Shown here piece by piece: positions 1 through 9,623 of a DNA stretch of 64,000 nucleotides. The notes beneath the pieces are model-generated. The model ran no database searches. It saw only the letters and a list, made by a program, of their open reading frames with translations, and was not told the DNA's origin. This DNA comes from an uncultured bacterium (GTDB taxonomy: Bacteria > Chloroflexota > UBA5177 > JANWHV01): the NCBI GenBank assembly GCA_963729625.1, contig CAVSOU010000014.1, positions 32,001-96,000 of the forward strand. The letters are read 5' to 3'. The position numbers and the translations under genes were made by a program. Within the stretch, counting starts at the first letter, position 1. Every line of letters begins with the position of its first letter.

Positions 1-242
1 CTGAGAGCCTCGGCGCAAGCGCGTACTTCGCCGCCACGCCCGCGGCGCTTCGCGAGGCGCTGGAGCATGCGTCCCGCGCCACCCAGACGGTCGTCATTCA
101 GGTCCCCGTGGATGTCGATGCCCGAGTGCCCAGCTACGACGGCTGGTGGGATGTACCGGTGGCGGAAGTCTCCGCGCAACCCGCTGTCGTACAGGCTCGC
201 CACGACTATGATGCTGCTCGCACGAGGCAGCGGTACTTCTGA
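1..242 (+). CDS. iolD: 3' end of IolD-like TPP-dependent trihydroxycyclohexanedione acylhydrolase (inositol catabolism), partial
   Basis: Not in the ORF track. The frame from nt 3 reads ...VPSYDGWWDVPVAEVSAQPAVVQARHDYDAARTRQRYF-stop (TGA 240-242). WWDVPVAEVS...QRY matches the IolD C-terminus as I recall it. Confidence 0.75.
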   Translation, partial: ESLGASAYFAATPAALREALEHASRATQTVVIQVPVDVDARVPSYDGWWDVPVAEVSAQPAVVQARHDYDAARTRQRYF

Positions 243-264
243 TTAGGCGAAATGGAAGCTCGCA

Positions 265-756
265 GTGGGTGAATCGCTGTCGGACCGGCTCATCGCGCTT
301 CTGCGCGACAATGGTGCTGACTTCGAGGTGCTGCAGCATGAGCCGGTTCGCACGAGCGCCGAAGCCGCCCTGGTTCGTGGAACGACCATGGAGCAGGGGG
401 CCAAGGCGCTCGTATTTCAGACCGCGGACCGGCTGCTTTTGCTCGTGCTTCCGGCGAATCTGCGTGTGGACTCACGTGGGTTCAGGCACGCGCTCGGCGT
501 ACGCAGCCTGCGGATGATAGCAGCCAGTGATTTGTTGCAGCAGTTCGATCTCGAAGTGGGAGCGGTACCGCCATTCGGCCGCCTGCTCGGGTTGGAAACC
601 TATGTCGACGAGCGGCTGCTCGTCCAGCCGCGCATTGCATTCAATGCCGGCAGCAAGACAACCTCCGTCTTGCTGGCCACGGCAGACTACCTGCGTCTCG
701 AGAAACCCACCGTCGGCAGCTTCGCGGAGGAGTCCCTTGAGGCAACGCAATCTTGA
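265..756 (+). CDS. yeaK: YbaK/ProX-superfamily aminoacyl-tRNA deacylase, YeaK (ProXp-y)-like
   Basis: RLIALL..GADF, GAKALV (conserved Lys), GAVPPFG, IAFNAG and TADYLR resemble E. coli YeaK. Confidence 0.8.
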   Translation: MGESLSDRLIALLRDNGADFEVLQHEPVRTSAEAALVRGTTMEQGAKALVFQTADRLLLLVLPANLRVDSRGFRHALGVRSLRMIAASDLLQQFDLEVGAVPPFGRLLGLETYVDERLLVQPRIAFNAGSKTTSVLLATADYLRLEKPTVGSFAEESLEATQS

Positions 757-819
757 GCTCACAGGCCGGCCGGGCCTTTATAGACTCCTCGCGCGTGAAT
801 CAAGCACCAGGAGGCACGG

Positions 820-1734
820 ATGCAACTTAGCTTCGCGACGACGGCGGTGCCGGAGCTATCGCTCACCGAGGTAATCGCGCTCGCGGGAAGAATGCGCTAT
901 CAAGCGGTCGAAGTGCAATGCTGGCCTCGCAGCGGGTCGCCGGGAGTGACCCACATCGACGTCGCGGAGTTCAATGCCGATTCGGCACGTCGCATTCGCG
1001 AACTGCTCCAACGTGAAGGAATCGCTCTTTCGGCCCTTGCCTGCGTTCCTGCGACGGATGGTGAACTTCCCGATGGCTTGCAGGTCCCCGCCGCGCACTT
1101 GCACGCACTGGTCGACGCCGCGCACATGCTCGAGGTCCCGCGCATAATCACCTGCGTGAACGCCGCGCCAACAACGCCTGGCTGGTCCGACGCAATCGCT
1201 CGCTTGGGAGCGCTCGCAAGCTACGCGTCACATCGCTCTGTCGTCGTGTGCCTCGAGCACGCGTGGCTTGACCCGACCGGGCGACATCCCGAAACGGGCG
1301 AGCCGATCGCGCCACCCCTTGCCTGGTGGGAGCATGTCTGGAGGAATCTGCCGAGTCCGAGCATCGGGCTGAGCTATGAGCCGCTGATACTTGCTCGCCT
1401 GGGCGTCGACGAGGTTGCGCCGATCCTGGCGCTTGGAGGCACGATATGCCAGGTTCGCGCAACCGACAGCTGGCCTCGGCAGCTTGCCGCCGGGGGCGGA
1501 CTCACCGCAGCGCAGACACGCGTGCGGTGGGATGCCATCATCGCCGCGCTGGGAGTGTCCGGCTTCACCGGTCCCATCACCGTCCGGTTGGGGCCTGAGC
1601 TGCAGAACATCGAGCCTGGAGGCACGCGTCGACGCGCTCCGCCATGCGTCTGCCTACCTTCGAGGGCATCTGGCTTCGTCGCATCGGCTCCGAGCCTGAC
1701 GGTCTGTGACCTCTTGGTGAGATACCAAGACTGA
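820..1734 (+). CDS. Sugar phosphate isomerase/epimerase (xylose-isomerase-like TIM barrel) with degenerate metal ligands and a probable 3' frameshift
   Basis: RBS GGAGG; MQLSF...YQAVEVQCWP..THIDV; WDAIIAAL..SGFTGPI. The family-like final helix lies in the +1 frame, ending at 1699. Confidence 0.65.
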   Translation: MQLSFATTAVPELSLTEVIALAGRMRYQAVEVQCWPRSGSPGVTHIDVAEFNADSARRIRELLQREGIALSALACVPATDGELPDGLQVPAAHLHALVDAAHMLEVPRIITCVNAAPTTPGWSDAIARLGALASYASHRSVVVCLEHAWLDPTGRHPETGEPIAPPLAWWEHVWRNLPSPSIGLSYEPLILARLGVDEVAPILALGGTICQVRATDSWPRQLAAGGGLTAAQTRVRWDAIIAALGVSGFTGPITVRLGPELQNIEPGGTRRRAPPCVCLPSRASGFVASAPSLTVCDLLVRYQD

Positions 1735-2090
1735 CATTGCGTTGCCGGCGCAGAGATTGGGGCGTCCTCGGTCGCTGTGAATATGGCCAATCGACGTTGA
1801 CGATCCATCTGCAGTGCTCCTGGTCAGTCATGTGTGCTCTGAACCGGCGCCGCGGAGCCCTTAACTGCCCTGTTGCCGTAGCGTCAGGCTGAGGTCGCCA
1901 CCGTTCGGTCGCGGCTCCTGCCTGCCACTCAGCAGCCATCCGCGGCCCGTTGGTACCATACACAGGCAGTGGTAGTTGGCAGGGCGCGGACGTGTGGTGC
2001 GGCACGGCGGCGTTTGTTGCGACGAACTACGTGAGTCGCGACTCGGCAGCCGGATCCGACCCTGGCCGCGTTCTGAGTGCGGAGGTGAGC

Positions 2091-3467
2091 ATGGGCAACG
2101 TAGGCAAGGAATCGGCCCTCGATCTCTCACAGAAGATCATGACATTGCTCTTTGGTCCCCCGTCAGTGCGCGCGTTCGCGACACGCTACTGGGACGGAAG
2201 CAATGAGCAATCTGGCGGCACGTCGACGGCTCCGTTTACTATAATCCTGCGCCGGCCCTGGGCGTTGCGACGGCTTCTCTTTCCGCCTACCGAGATCGCG
2301 GCGGCTGAAGCGTACCTCAGGGACGATTTTGACGTCGAGGGCGACATGGAACAGGTAATGGCTCTCGAGCAATCACTCGGGGAGTCGATTCGGTCGCCTT
2401 TGCGCCTTGCCCGCATTCTGTCACTTGCAAGGCGCCTGCCGCCTCCCGAAACCGGCGAGCCGCTGAGTGGGCGCTCGGCCGAACCGCGTCGTACTCTTGG
2501 CCGTCGCCACTCACGCAGGCGAGACTCGGCGACAGTGAGATCTCATTACGACGTTGGCAATGACTTCTACAGCCTGTGGCTCGATAGCCGACTCGTCTAT
2601 TCGTGTGCGTATTTTCCCACGGGGGAGGAGGATCTTGACGTTGCGCAAGAGGCGAAGCTCGAGTACATCTGCCGCAAACTGCGCCTGAAGCAGGGTGAAA
2701 CTCTGCTGGATATCGGATGCGGCTGGGGCGGGCTCGTGCAGTATGCTGCGGAGCATTACGGCGTTAAGGCCACGGGCATCACGCTGAGCGGCGAGCAGGC
2801 GCGCCTCGCCCGCCAGCGCATTGCCGGCGCCGGCCTGAAGGACCGAGTGCTGATCGACGTGCGCGACTACCGGGAGATTCCCGGCGGGGACCGCTTCGAC
2901 AAGGTCGTGAGCATCGGCATGCTCGAGCACGTCGGTCGCGCCCACATGAACCAATACTTTGACGTTGCCCGGCGAGTCACCCAACCTGGCGGGCTATTCC
3001 TTGCACACGGGATCGTGGATCAGGTGGCTCCTCAAAGCGGCCTTTCACTCGGGCATCTGGCCAACCGTGCGCGCGGCTCGGGCAGGTTCATCGACGAGTA
3101 TGTGTTTCCTGACGGCGAGCTTCTTGCGACGTGGGAGTTAGCCAGAGCGGCGGCTCACGCAGGCTGGGAGCTTCGCGACGTCGAGAATCTGCGCGAGCAC
3201 TATGCGCGCACGTTGCGCCACTGGGTCCGAAGGCTCGAGATGCATCACGACGACGCTGCTTCCCTCGTGGGCGAGCCGACCTACCGCGTGTGGCGGCTGT
3301 ACATGTCTGGCGCGGCGCACGGCTTCGCGCGTGGGGACCTCGGCATTATCCAGCTGCTCCTGTCGAACTGCGTCGAAGGCGGCGCTTGCACGCTTCCGCC
3401 GACGCGTGCCGATCTCTATCAAGAGACAGAGAAGCGGGGGGTGGTTGCCTCGTCGGCATCGAACTGA
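2091..3467 (+). CDS. cfa: Cyclopropane-fatty-acyl-phospholipid synthase family SAM methyltransferase
   Basis: HYDVGNDFY, YSCAYF, LLDIGCGWG, VSIGMLEHVG, YVFPDG, HYARTL. ATG 2091 follows GGAGGT. Confidence 0.9.
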   Translation: MGNVGKESALDLSQKIMTLLFGPPSVRAFATRYWDGSNEQSGGTSTAPFTIILRRPWALRRLLFPPTEIAAAEAYLRDDFDVEGDMEQVMALEQSLGESIRSPLRLARILSLARRLPPPETGEPLSGRSAEPRRTLGRRHSRRRDSATVRSHYDVGNDFYSLWLDSRLVYSCAYFPTGEEDLDVAQEAKLEYICRKLRLKQGETLLDIGCGWGGLVQYAAEHYGVKATGITLSGEQARLARQRIAGAGLKDRVLIDVRDYREIPGGDRFDKVVSIGMLEHVGRAHMNQYFDVARRVTQPGGLFLAHGIVDQVAPQSGLSLGHLANRARGSGRFIDEYVFPDGELLATWELARAAAHAGWELRDVENLREHYARTLRHWVRRLEMHHDDAASLVGEPTYRVWRLYMSGAAHGFARGDLGIIQLLLSNCVEGGACTLPPTRADLYQETEKRGVVASSASN

Positions 3468-3550
3468 AATGTGCTTTGCACCCCCGCAAACTCCCCGGGC
3501 TAGAGGCCAGCGTTTCTTTCACGCTAAGACTCGCGCGTGAATACTGCAGG

Positions 3551-4459
3551 TTAGTCGGGCGCTGCGGGCGCGGGCCGCGCTCGCCGTGCGGCGGCTGGCA
3601 GCCTCCCGGCCGTTGACAGGTATGAGCCGAAGATAATCAGCACGAAGCCGAAGACCGTGCTCACGCTGAGTGGTTCGGCGAGAAATGCGACGCCGAGCAG
3701 CACCGACACGACGGGATTGACGTAGGTGAACACCGTACCCTTGCTGGCGCCAACTTCGGCTACGAGTGCGAAGAACGTCAGCTCGGCGAGCGCCGTGCAC
3801 ACGAGACCCAGGACCAGAAGACTTACGACCACGTCAGCACCTGGCATGTGCGTCGGCAGCCGTGTAGCCGCTATTGGGGCAAGAAGAATCGTCGTAATCG
3901 CGCACTCGACAGCTACTACTCCCAGACTCGGTAACCGCGAGTACGTACTGGCTCGCAGCATGAGGGCGCTGGCCGCGTAGCAACACGTGGCAATCAACAC
4001 CATGAAAGCCCCTACGAGGCGCATACTTCCGCCTCCGATATCGAGGCCAAACAGCACTGCGACGCCCGCCGCCCCGATCACGAGCCCCACAAAGCGCACG
4101 CCGTCCACCTGCTCGGCGCGGTCAAAGTGAAGCGCGAATAGCGCCACTAGCATCGGTTCCGCGGCGATAATCAAGCTGGCGAGAGATGACGCGATGTGTT
4201 GCTCGCCGTAGCTGATCAGCAGAAACGGAATGGCGATCTGCACCAATGTGAGTCCTGTGATTGGCAGGATCTGACCGGCAAGCTGTCGCAGCGCTCCGCG
4301 AAACCAGGCCACTGGCATGAGCACAACAGCAGCGATTCCAACCCGGGTACACACCACGATCGACGGATCGACGGCCTTTACCGCGATCTTGATGAAGAAG
4401 TAGGGGATGCCCCAGAACAGCGAGATCGCGACGAAAAGCATCCAGCCTCTTGGGGTCAC
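3551..4459 (-). CDS. EamA/DMT family transporter
   Basis: About 10 hydrophobic segments; WGIPYFFIK, PFLLISYGEQ, YVNPVVSVLLG. Confidence 0.9.
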   Translation of the reverse strand: MTPRGWMLFVAISLFWGIPYFFIKIAVKAVDPSIVVCTRVGIAAVVLMPVAWFRGALRQLAGQILPITGLTLVQIAIPFLLISYGEQHIASSLASLIIAAEPMLVALFALHFDRAEQVDGVRFVGLVIGAAGVAVLFGLDIGGGSMRLVGAFMVLIATCCYAASALMLRASTYSRLPSLGVVAVECAITTILLAPIAATRLPTHMPGADVVVSLLVLGLVCTALAELTFFALVAEVGASKGTVFTYVNPVVSVLLGVAFLAEPLSVSTVFGFVLIIFGSYLSTAGRLPAAARRARPAPAAPD

Positions 4460-4722
4460 GATCCGTTTCTCCCGACGTGTCTCGATCGGCGCATGCCCTT
4501 AGGCTAGCAGCCCTGCCGGAGGGATGTCACTGGAGCTCCAGTTCGGCGCATGAAAGGCGACGGCTGTGGCCGGCCGCAAGGGACCACGGTCAAGTCCTGG
4601 GCCACCGTATGGGCGTTCGCAGGAGCGAGGACCACGACGCCTGCCGAGGCGACGGCACCGACTACCGGCGCGCAAGGAATGCCCGAGTCGGAGGTGCATG
4701 CACCTTCGCCTGAGAAGCACGC

Positions 4723-5373
4723 TTAGCTGAAGTTTCCCGTGCGGATCGCAGAGGCCTGCGAGTTGAGAATCTCCTCGATCCGATTGCACGAAGCCAGGCT
4801 TGGCAAGAGCACGAGTGTTCCGCCAATCGCGTCGCCCTCGACCACGATCTTCGTTTCGATGAGAATCCCATAGGCTTGGGTCTGGGCCATCTCCACCACA
4901 ATAGACTGGAGTACAGCGGCCCACATGTCACGGACGACAAACGGTGGCGAGGGTAGGACGGTGAGCTTGGTGGTGTCGGCAACCGCATTGAGAAACGCTG
5001 AAGCGGCGACATTTCCGAGCTCGCTAACCATTGAATCGGCAAGGTATCGCATCTCCGGCGTGTCAAGGTCGTCGGTCATAAGAAGCACGCGCGAGATGAA
5101 GTCCGAGGCTTCCGGCGCCATGCACAGTGCTACGTGGCCATCGATGTCACCGGAAAACGCGACGTACACGGCCGTAACCGGGCTCTCCGCGCCTGGGTCG
5201 TAACAGTCAAGCAGATCTTCCAGCCGAGTGTACGCCGCACGGGAGCCACGGAACTGAATGTCGCGCTCCACGAGTCCAGCGAGCTGGGCGCCCGCGTAGG
5301 CGAGGGCATCCATGAACACGGCGGCCAATGTCGGAGTGAGGACGGGAAGTGCTTTACTCGCCACCTCGTCCAT
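4723..5373 (-). CDS. cheC: CheC/CheX-family chemotaxis (CheY-P) phosphatase
   Basis: SMVSELGNVAASAFLNA and PSPP motifs; the first repeat is degenerate. ATG 5373 follows GGAGGA; extended -10 TGCTACCCT at 5479-5471. Confidence 0.75.
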   Translation of the reverse strand: MDEVASKALPVLTPTLAAVFMDALAYAGAQLAGLVERDIQFRGSRAAYTRLEDLLDCYDPGAESPVTAVYVAFSGDIDGHVALCMAPEASDFISRVLLMTDDLDTPEMRYLADSMVSELGNVAASAFLNAVADTTKLTVLPSPPFVVRDMWAAVLQSIVVEMAQTQAYGILIETKIVVEGDAIGGTLVLLPSLASCNRIEEILNSQASAIRTGNFS

Positions 5374-5595
5374 GGTGCTAACTCCTCCAATGCGCTCATG
5401 CCAACTTCGCTCGAGTAGCTTGTCAACGCTCATGCATTGCGGTGGCGATCAGGCCTCAAGCTGCGGCATCAGGGTAGCATCACCCGCTCTTGTGAGTACC
5501 CGCCACTTTGGTGCCAGGTGAATGTAGCTGATGATATTTGACAGACTACTAAAGAGGTATTCGGCACAATGTGGCAGATCACCAGTGCATATGGC

Positions 5596-5622
5596 TACAC
5601 TTTTGGCAGAATCTGCCGATAG
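5596..5622 (+). promoter_or_regulatory. Candidate sigma28 (FliA/SigD) promoter for the HDOD gene
   Basis: TACA-N15-GCCGATAG versus consensus TAAA-N15-GCCGATAA, about 40 nt upstream of ATG 5662. Confidence 0.55.
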
Positions 5623-5661
5623 GTACGTGAGTAGCAGTCAGGACATGCGGGGAGGGCATAG

Positions 5662-6510
5662 ATGGTCCAGCCAACAGTCTCCGGGGAGAACAATCCTCCG
5701 GCGCCGTTTCAGATAACCAAGAAGACGCTGCAGTCTTTGGCGCCGCTGCCTGCCACGGCCGTACAGCTGCTTGCCCTTCTGGATCAGCCGGACACATCCT
5801 TGCGCAAAATCGCAGACGTGGCCAGTCGCGATGTGGGTATTGCCGCGGCGATGCTTCGCATGGCCAACTCGCCGATCTTCGGCATGCGCGGCCGGGTAGG
5901 AAGTATTGGTGAGGCCATACGTCTCATCGGTACTGCCCAGGCTCGCCTGCTGGTGCTTACCTGGGGCGTGGCGCAGGCAGGACAAAAGGAGCTTTGGCTC
6001 TACGGTCTGCCCTCAGGCGCCTTCTTGCGCCACAGCGAGCTGGTGGCAACACTCTCCATGGCTATAGCGCGCGAGGTACAGTACCCGGCTTCAGGGGTTG
6101 CGTACAGCGCAGGCCTGCTGCACGACATTGGCAAAGTGATCATTAACGCTATCGTCGTTCAGGGTGGGCCAGGAGCGCCAAAACCCGAAGCGTTCGTGAA
6201 CGAGCATGCGCAGCCCGCGGCGAGCATCGTAACTCTGGAGCGCGATGGTGTGGGCACCGACCACGCCACCGTCGGTCGCGATCTGGCCACGCTCTGGTCG
6301 CTTCCGACGGAACTGAGCGACGCCATGTTCTTGCACCACGCGAACCCGGTGAGAAGCCCCCCATCGTTGGCCGCGATCGTCGCGCTTGCAAACGCGGTCG
6401 CGGGCCAGGTCGACGAACGCTATCCCGCGGTGCTAAGAGCGGCGTTCCCGGAGACCCACTTGGTTCCGATCGATACGCTCGTTGCGCTCGCACAGGAGGC
6501 CCTCGAGTAG
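5662..6510 (+). CDS. HDOD-domain signal-output protein
   Basis: LAPLP, D..IAAAMLRMANSP.FG, AGLLHDIGK, DHATVG..LA..WSLP, HH. Confidence 0.9.
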   Translation: MVQPTVSGENNPPAPFQITKKTLQSLAPLPATAVQLLALLDQPDTSLRKIADVASRDVGIAAAMLRMANSPIFGMRGRVGSIGEAIRLIGTAQARLLVLTWGVAQAGQKELWLYGLPSGAFLRHSELVATLSMAIAREVQYPASGVAYSAGLLHDIGKVIINAIVVQGGPGAPKPEAFVNEHAQPAASIVTLERDGVGTDHATVGRDLATLWSLPTELSDAMFLHHANPVRSPPSLAAIVALANAVAGQVDERYPAVLRAAFPETHLVPIDTLVALAQEALE

Positions 6511-6539
6511 GTTCCTCCTATTGAGACGTGCGCGGTTCT

Positions 6540-6902
6540 CTAGGGCTCGGCGTGAACGGCGGTTGAAGGCTCGGTGGTCAGAACGTGCTCGACCACTCGA
6601 ACCAGCTCGGCGCGCGGTCGCGCACCAACCAGGCGCTTGATTTCCTTGCCTCCCTGGAACATGGAGATTGTCGGAATGCCCTGGATGCCGTAGCGCATGG
6701 CCACCTCGGGACTGTCGTCGACGTTCACCTTGACTGTGCGAAGCCGCCCCTCGTACTGGCCGGCCAGCTCTTCGACGATTGGTCCGACCATCCGGCACGG
6801 GCCGCACCAAGGCGCCCAGAAGTCGACAAGGACAGGGACGGTCGACTGAAGGACAGTCTTCTCGAATCCCTGGTCGTCGGTCGATATCACATGCATGCTC
6901 AT
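6540..6902 (-). CDS. trxA: Thioredoxin
   Basis: VLVDFWAPWCGPC and GIPT. Start reassigned to ATG 6902; extended -10 TGGTACGCT at 6956-6948. Confidence 0.95.
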   Translation of the reverse strand: MSMHVISTDDQGFEKTVLQSTVPVLVDFWAPWCGPCRMVGPIVEELAGQYEGRLRTVKVNVDDSPEVAMRYGIQGIPTISMFQGGKEIKRLVGARPRAELVRVVEHVLTTEPSTAVHAEP

Positions 6903-6996
6903 TGCTTGATCCTTGCTACCAACGCGTAATCCACCAAACGGTACTTCAGCGTACCATACCCTGCTACGGTATACAAACCGAGTGCTTGGCTGCGTC

Positions 6997-8115
6997 TTAC
7001 GATGGGAAGAAGCCCGCGAAGTGCTCGCGCCTGACCGAGGACGCCAGCGCCCGCCCGATGAGCTGAAGATCGGGTATTGCCTGCACGACATCCGGATGTC
7101 GCAGGCGGCTCACGTCGGTGATCCGTTGCAGTCCGTAGCCGTCGAGCGACGCACGCGACAGATCGATATCGTAGCGCAGGTACGTGAAGAGCTTCGGCTC
7201 GACTGGACCCCGGTTGCCTCTCAGGTCGCCGACCTCGGAGTCAATCGGTAGGCCTGCCCTACAGCGCCCGAAAATGCGACACAGCATGTCCTGCTGCACG
7301 GTGGACGCTGAAAGCATTGCCTGAGGCACGGTCGTGGCCTGGTAGAACAGCGTCATACGCTCGGGCGTTAGCCCTGGTTCGGCGCGCGATGACATACCCG
7401 TTCCCACCGACACGAGCAGCATACGATCTTCGCCACAGGGCCACCTGAGCCGATATTCATCCACCGTAGCCGAGAGGAATAGCTGAAAGGCCGGATTTGC
7501 AAATGGCGTCAAACTGCCGTCGACAAATATGTGATCGCGGTCGCCCACCGTGATCACCTCAGGTGGGAAAAAGATCGGAGCGGCGGTGCTGGCGCGTACG
7601 AGCTGCCACAGTGGAAATTGCAAGTTGCACGAGGGCAGTTCCGGATCATTGAACAGTGCGGCGGGGTTGTTCGATACCGGCCACGGAGAGTCAGTGGTGG
7701 CATCTCGGAGCATGATCAGCAGCAGTGTCCTCAACCTGTCACTGCCAAGCGTCGTGCCGGCGCCGAGCCTCTCCTTGAGCATCACTGCCAGTGGCTCGTC
7801 ATCGTACTGAAAGCGCAGCCTATCCCGCAGTCGCGCGGGGCTGAACATGAGTGGCCCGCTCTCCTCGTAGAGCGAACGAATCTCGTCTGTCGGCAGTCCG
7901 ACGGCCAGCCCGGCTGCGATAATCGCCCCAGTACTCGTTCCCGCGATGTAGTCAAAGCAGTCCGCGAGTACCAGATGGGGTTCTCCGTACGCTTCACGGG
8001 CCAGTCGCTCGATCTGCATGAGTACTTCGATGCTCAATACTCCCCGGATTCCTCCTCCATCGATGGCCAGCAACTTTCTCGGTCCACTCGCTGCCAGGAC
8101 CTCGCCCACCGACAT
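6997..8115 (-). CDS. Patatin-like phospholipase
   Basis: DGGGIRG oxyanion loop, GTSTG nucleophile, ASTAAP..F, FVDGS (DGG variant). Confidence 0.9.
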   Translation of the reverse strand: MSVGEVLAASGPRKLLAIDGGGIRGVLSIEVLMQIERLAREAYGEPHLVLADCFDYIAGTSTGAIIAAGLAVGLPTDEIRSLYEESGPLMFSPARLRDRLRFQYDDEPLAVMLKERLGAGTTLGSDRLRTLLLIMLRDATTDSPWPVSNNPAALFNDPELPSCNLQFPLWQLVRASTAAPIFFPPEVITVGDRDHIFVDGSLTPFANPAFQLFLSATVDEYRLRWPCGEDRMLLVSVGTGMSSRAEPGLTPERMTLFYQATTVPQAMLSASTVQQDMLCRIFGRCRAGLPIDSEVGDLRGNRGPVEPKLFTYLRYDIDLSRASLDGYGLQRITDVSRLRHPDVVQAIPDLQLIGRALASSVRREHFAGFFPS

Positions 8116-8260
8116 CTAGATCCTCCCAAACCGCAATTCAGCTGAGCCTGAAACACGCTCGAGCGCCGCCTCCGGTCCCGAGCGTGGATTGGTGCGCTGC
8201 CAAAACAAGGCCGATTCGACCCCGTTCAGGGCCGATGGCGAGCATGCAGGAGTTGCACGT

Positions 8261-9445
8261 TCAGGTACTGACGCCGACGACGAGGCCAAGGCCGAACGTC
8301 CCTCCGCCCACGATAAGGCCAGCGAGCGTCATTTCAAGGCCGGAAAACCACCAGCTTCGCAGTGTGAAAAGGGACTTCGCGGCACCCACGCCGAAGTGCG
8401 CTAGCAACGATACGGCGAACGCGATGACCAATCCGCGGGCTCCGCCGACGAAGAAGAACGGGATCACCGGGATAATCGCGCCCAATCCCGTGCTCACCAG
8501 GCCGGCGACTGCCGCGGTCCAGGGGTCCTTCCCCTGTTCGAGCCCGCCGAACTCTTCGACGGCAAGAGCGCTGAGCATGGCCTCCGGGCTGCGGGACAGC
8601 TTTGCGACGAAGTCTTCTGCTTCAGCCTTGCTCAGTCCCTTGAGTTGGTAGAAGAGCGCTAGTTCCTCCGCCTCCTCTGCCGGATGGATCTCCAGCTCTC
8701 TTCTCTCTTGCGCGAGGGTAGCTTCGGCTATCTCGTTGGCTGAACGTGCCGCCAACCAGGCTCCCACGCCCATGGAGAGCGCGGACGCAATCGCCCCGGC
8801 AAGGCCTGCTGTGAGCACGCTGACCCTCGTGGCCCCTGTGGCGCCGGACACGCCGGCGACGACGCCGAAGACTGCTGCCAACCCATCATTGGCCCCGTAG
8901 ATGGCATCGGACACCCAGCCCGAGCTCGTGTGGTGTCGCTCGCGGCTGAGCATGCGGTCCAGGCTGGCCTGAATCGTTTCCTTCGACTCCACCGGCAAAT
9001 GTAGCGCGGATTGTCCCAGCATGTCGCTCACGGCCATCGCGTGCGATCGTTCGTCCCGCCTGAGTTCCTGCAGCACGGCATCAGTGGCTGGATCGCCCGT
9101 TGGCCTTCCGTATTGGTGGAGAACCTCCTCGTCCTCTGCCGCTTCGCGGGCGCGAAGGAGCCGGTCGATCGGGGCCAGTCGCGCCTGCATACGAAGCCAC
9201 GAGGAAATATGCACCGTCGAGGGATCGGGAATCTCGACGTGCAACTCGCGAAGACGCGCCTCGATAATGCTTCGGTGCTTGCCCTCCGCGTCAGCTATCG
9301 CGCGGAGTATGCCCGACCGGTGATTATCAGGTTCTCGCGCCGCTATGACGTCGTAGACGTACCGAGCCTGAATCTCACCGCGCCAAGCGGCGAGCAAGCG
9401 CTGGGCGGCCGCCGCCGATGCTTCCTGACTGGTTTCTTGCTTCAT
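8261..9445 (-). CDS. VIT1/CCC1 Fe/Mn transporter with N-terminal rubrerythrin/ferritin-like domain
   Basis: N-terminal ExxH motifs (EGKH, ERSH); IYGANDGL, ALSMGVG, ERREL...PAEE.EEL. RBS AAAGGAG precedes ATG 9445. Confidence 0.9.
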   Translation of the reverse strand: MKQETSQEASAAAAQRLLAAWRGEIQARYVYDVIAAREPDNHRSGILRAIADAEGKHRSIIEARLRELHVEIPDPSTVHISSWLRMQARLAPIDRLLRAREAAEDEEVLHQYGRPTGDPATDAVLQELRRDERSHAMAVSDMLGQSALHLPVESKETIQASLDRMLSRERHHTSSGWVSDAIYGANDGLAAVFGVVAGVSGATGATRVSVLTAGLAGAIASALSMGVGAWLAARSANEIAEATLAQERRELEIHPAEEAEELALFYQLKGLSKAEAEDFVAKLSRSPEAMLSALAVEEFGGLEQGKDPWTAAVAGLVSTGLGAIIPVIPFFFVGGARGLVIAFAVSLLAHFGVGAAKSLFTLRSWWFSGLEMTLAGLIVGGGTFGLGLVVGVST

Positions 9446-9623
9446 GCCGCGGCGTGCTGCTCCTTTCGTGACAGCGCCTCTTGAACGACACATGCCACTC
9501 CGAGGCGTGTTTCTTCTATGCTATCGCGCTCGGTCATGTTCGGTGTCAGGCCTCACAATAGACGAGCAGGAATCTGCGTAAGGGCGCACACGTCACGGGA
9601 CGCGGCGCCCGACGCGATCAGCA

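Noticed and set aside
6997-8115. Patatin as a CBASS/anti-phage effector
   Set aside because: No CD-NTase or other defence gene nearby; neighbours are trxA and VIT1/CCC1. The DGS variant keeps the catalytic Asp.
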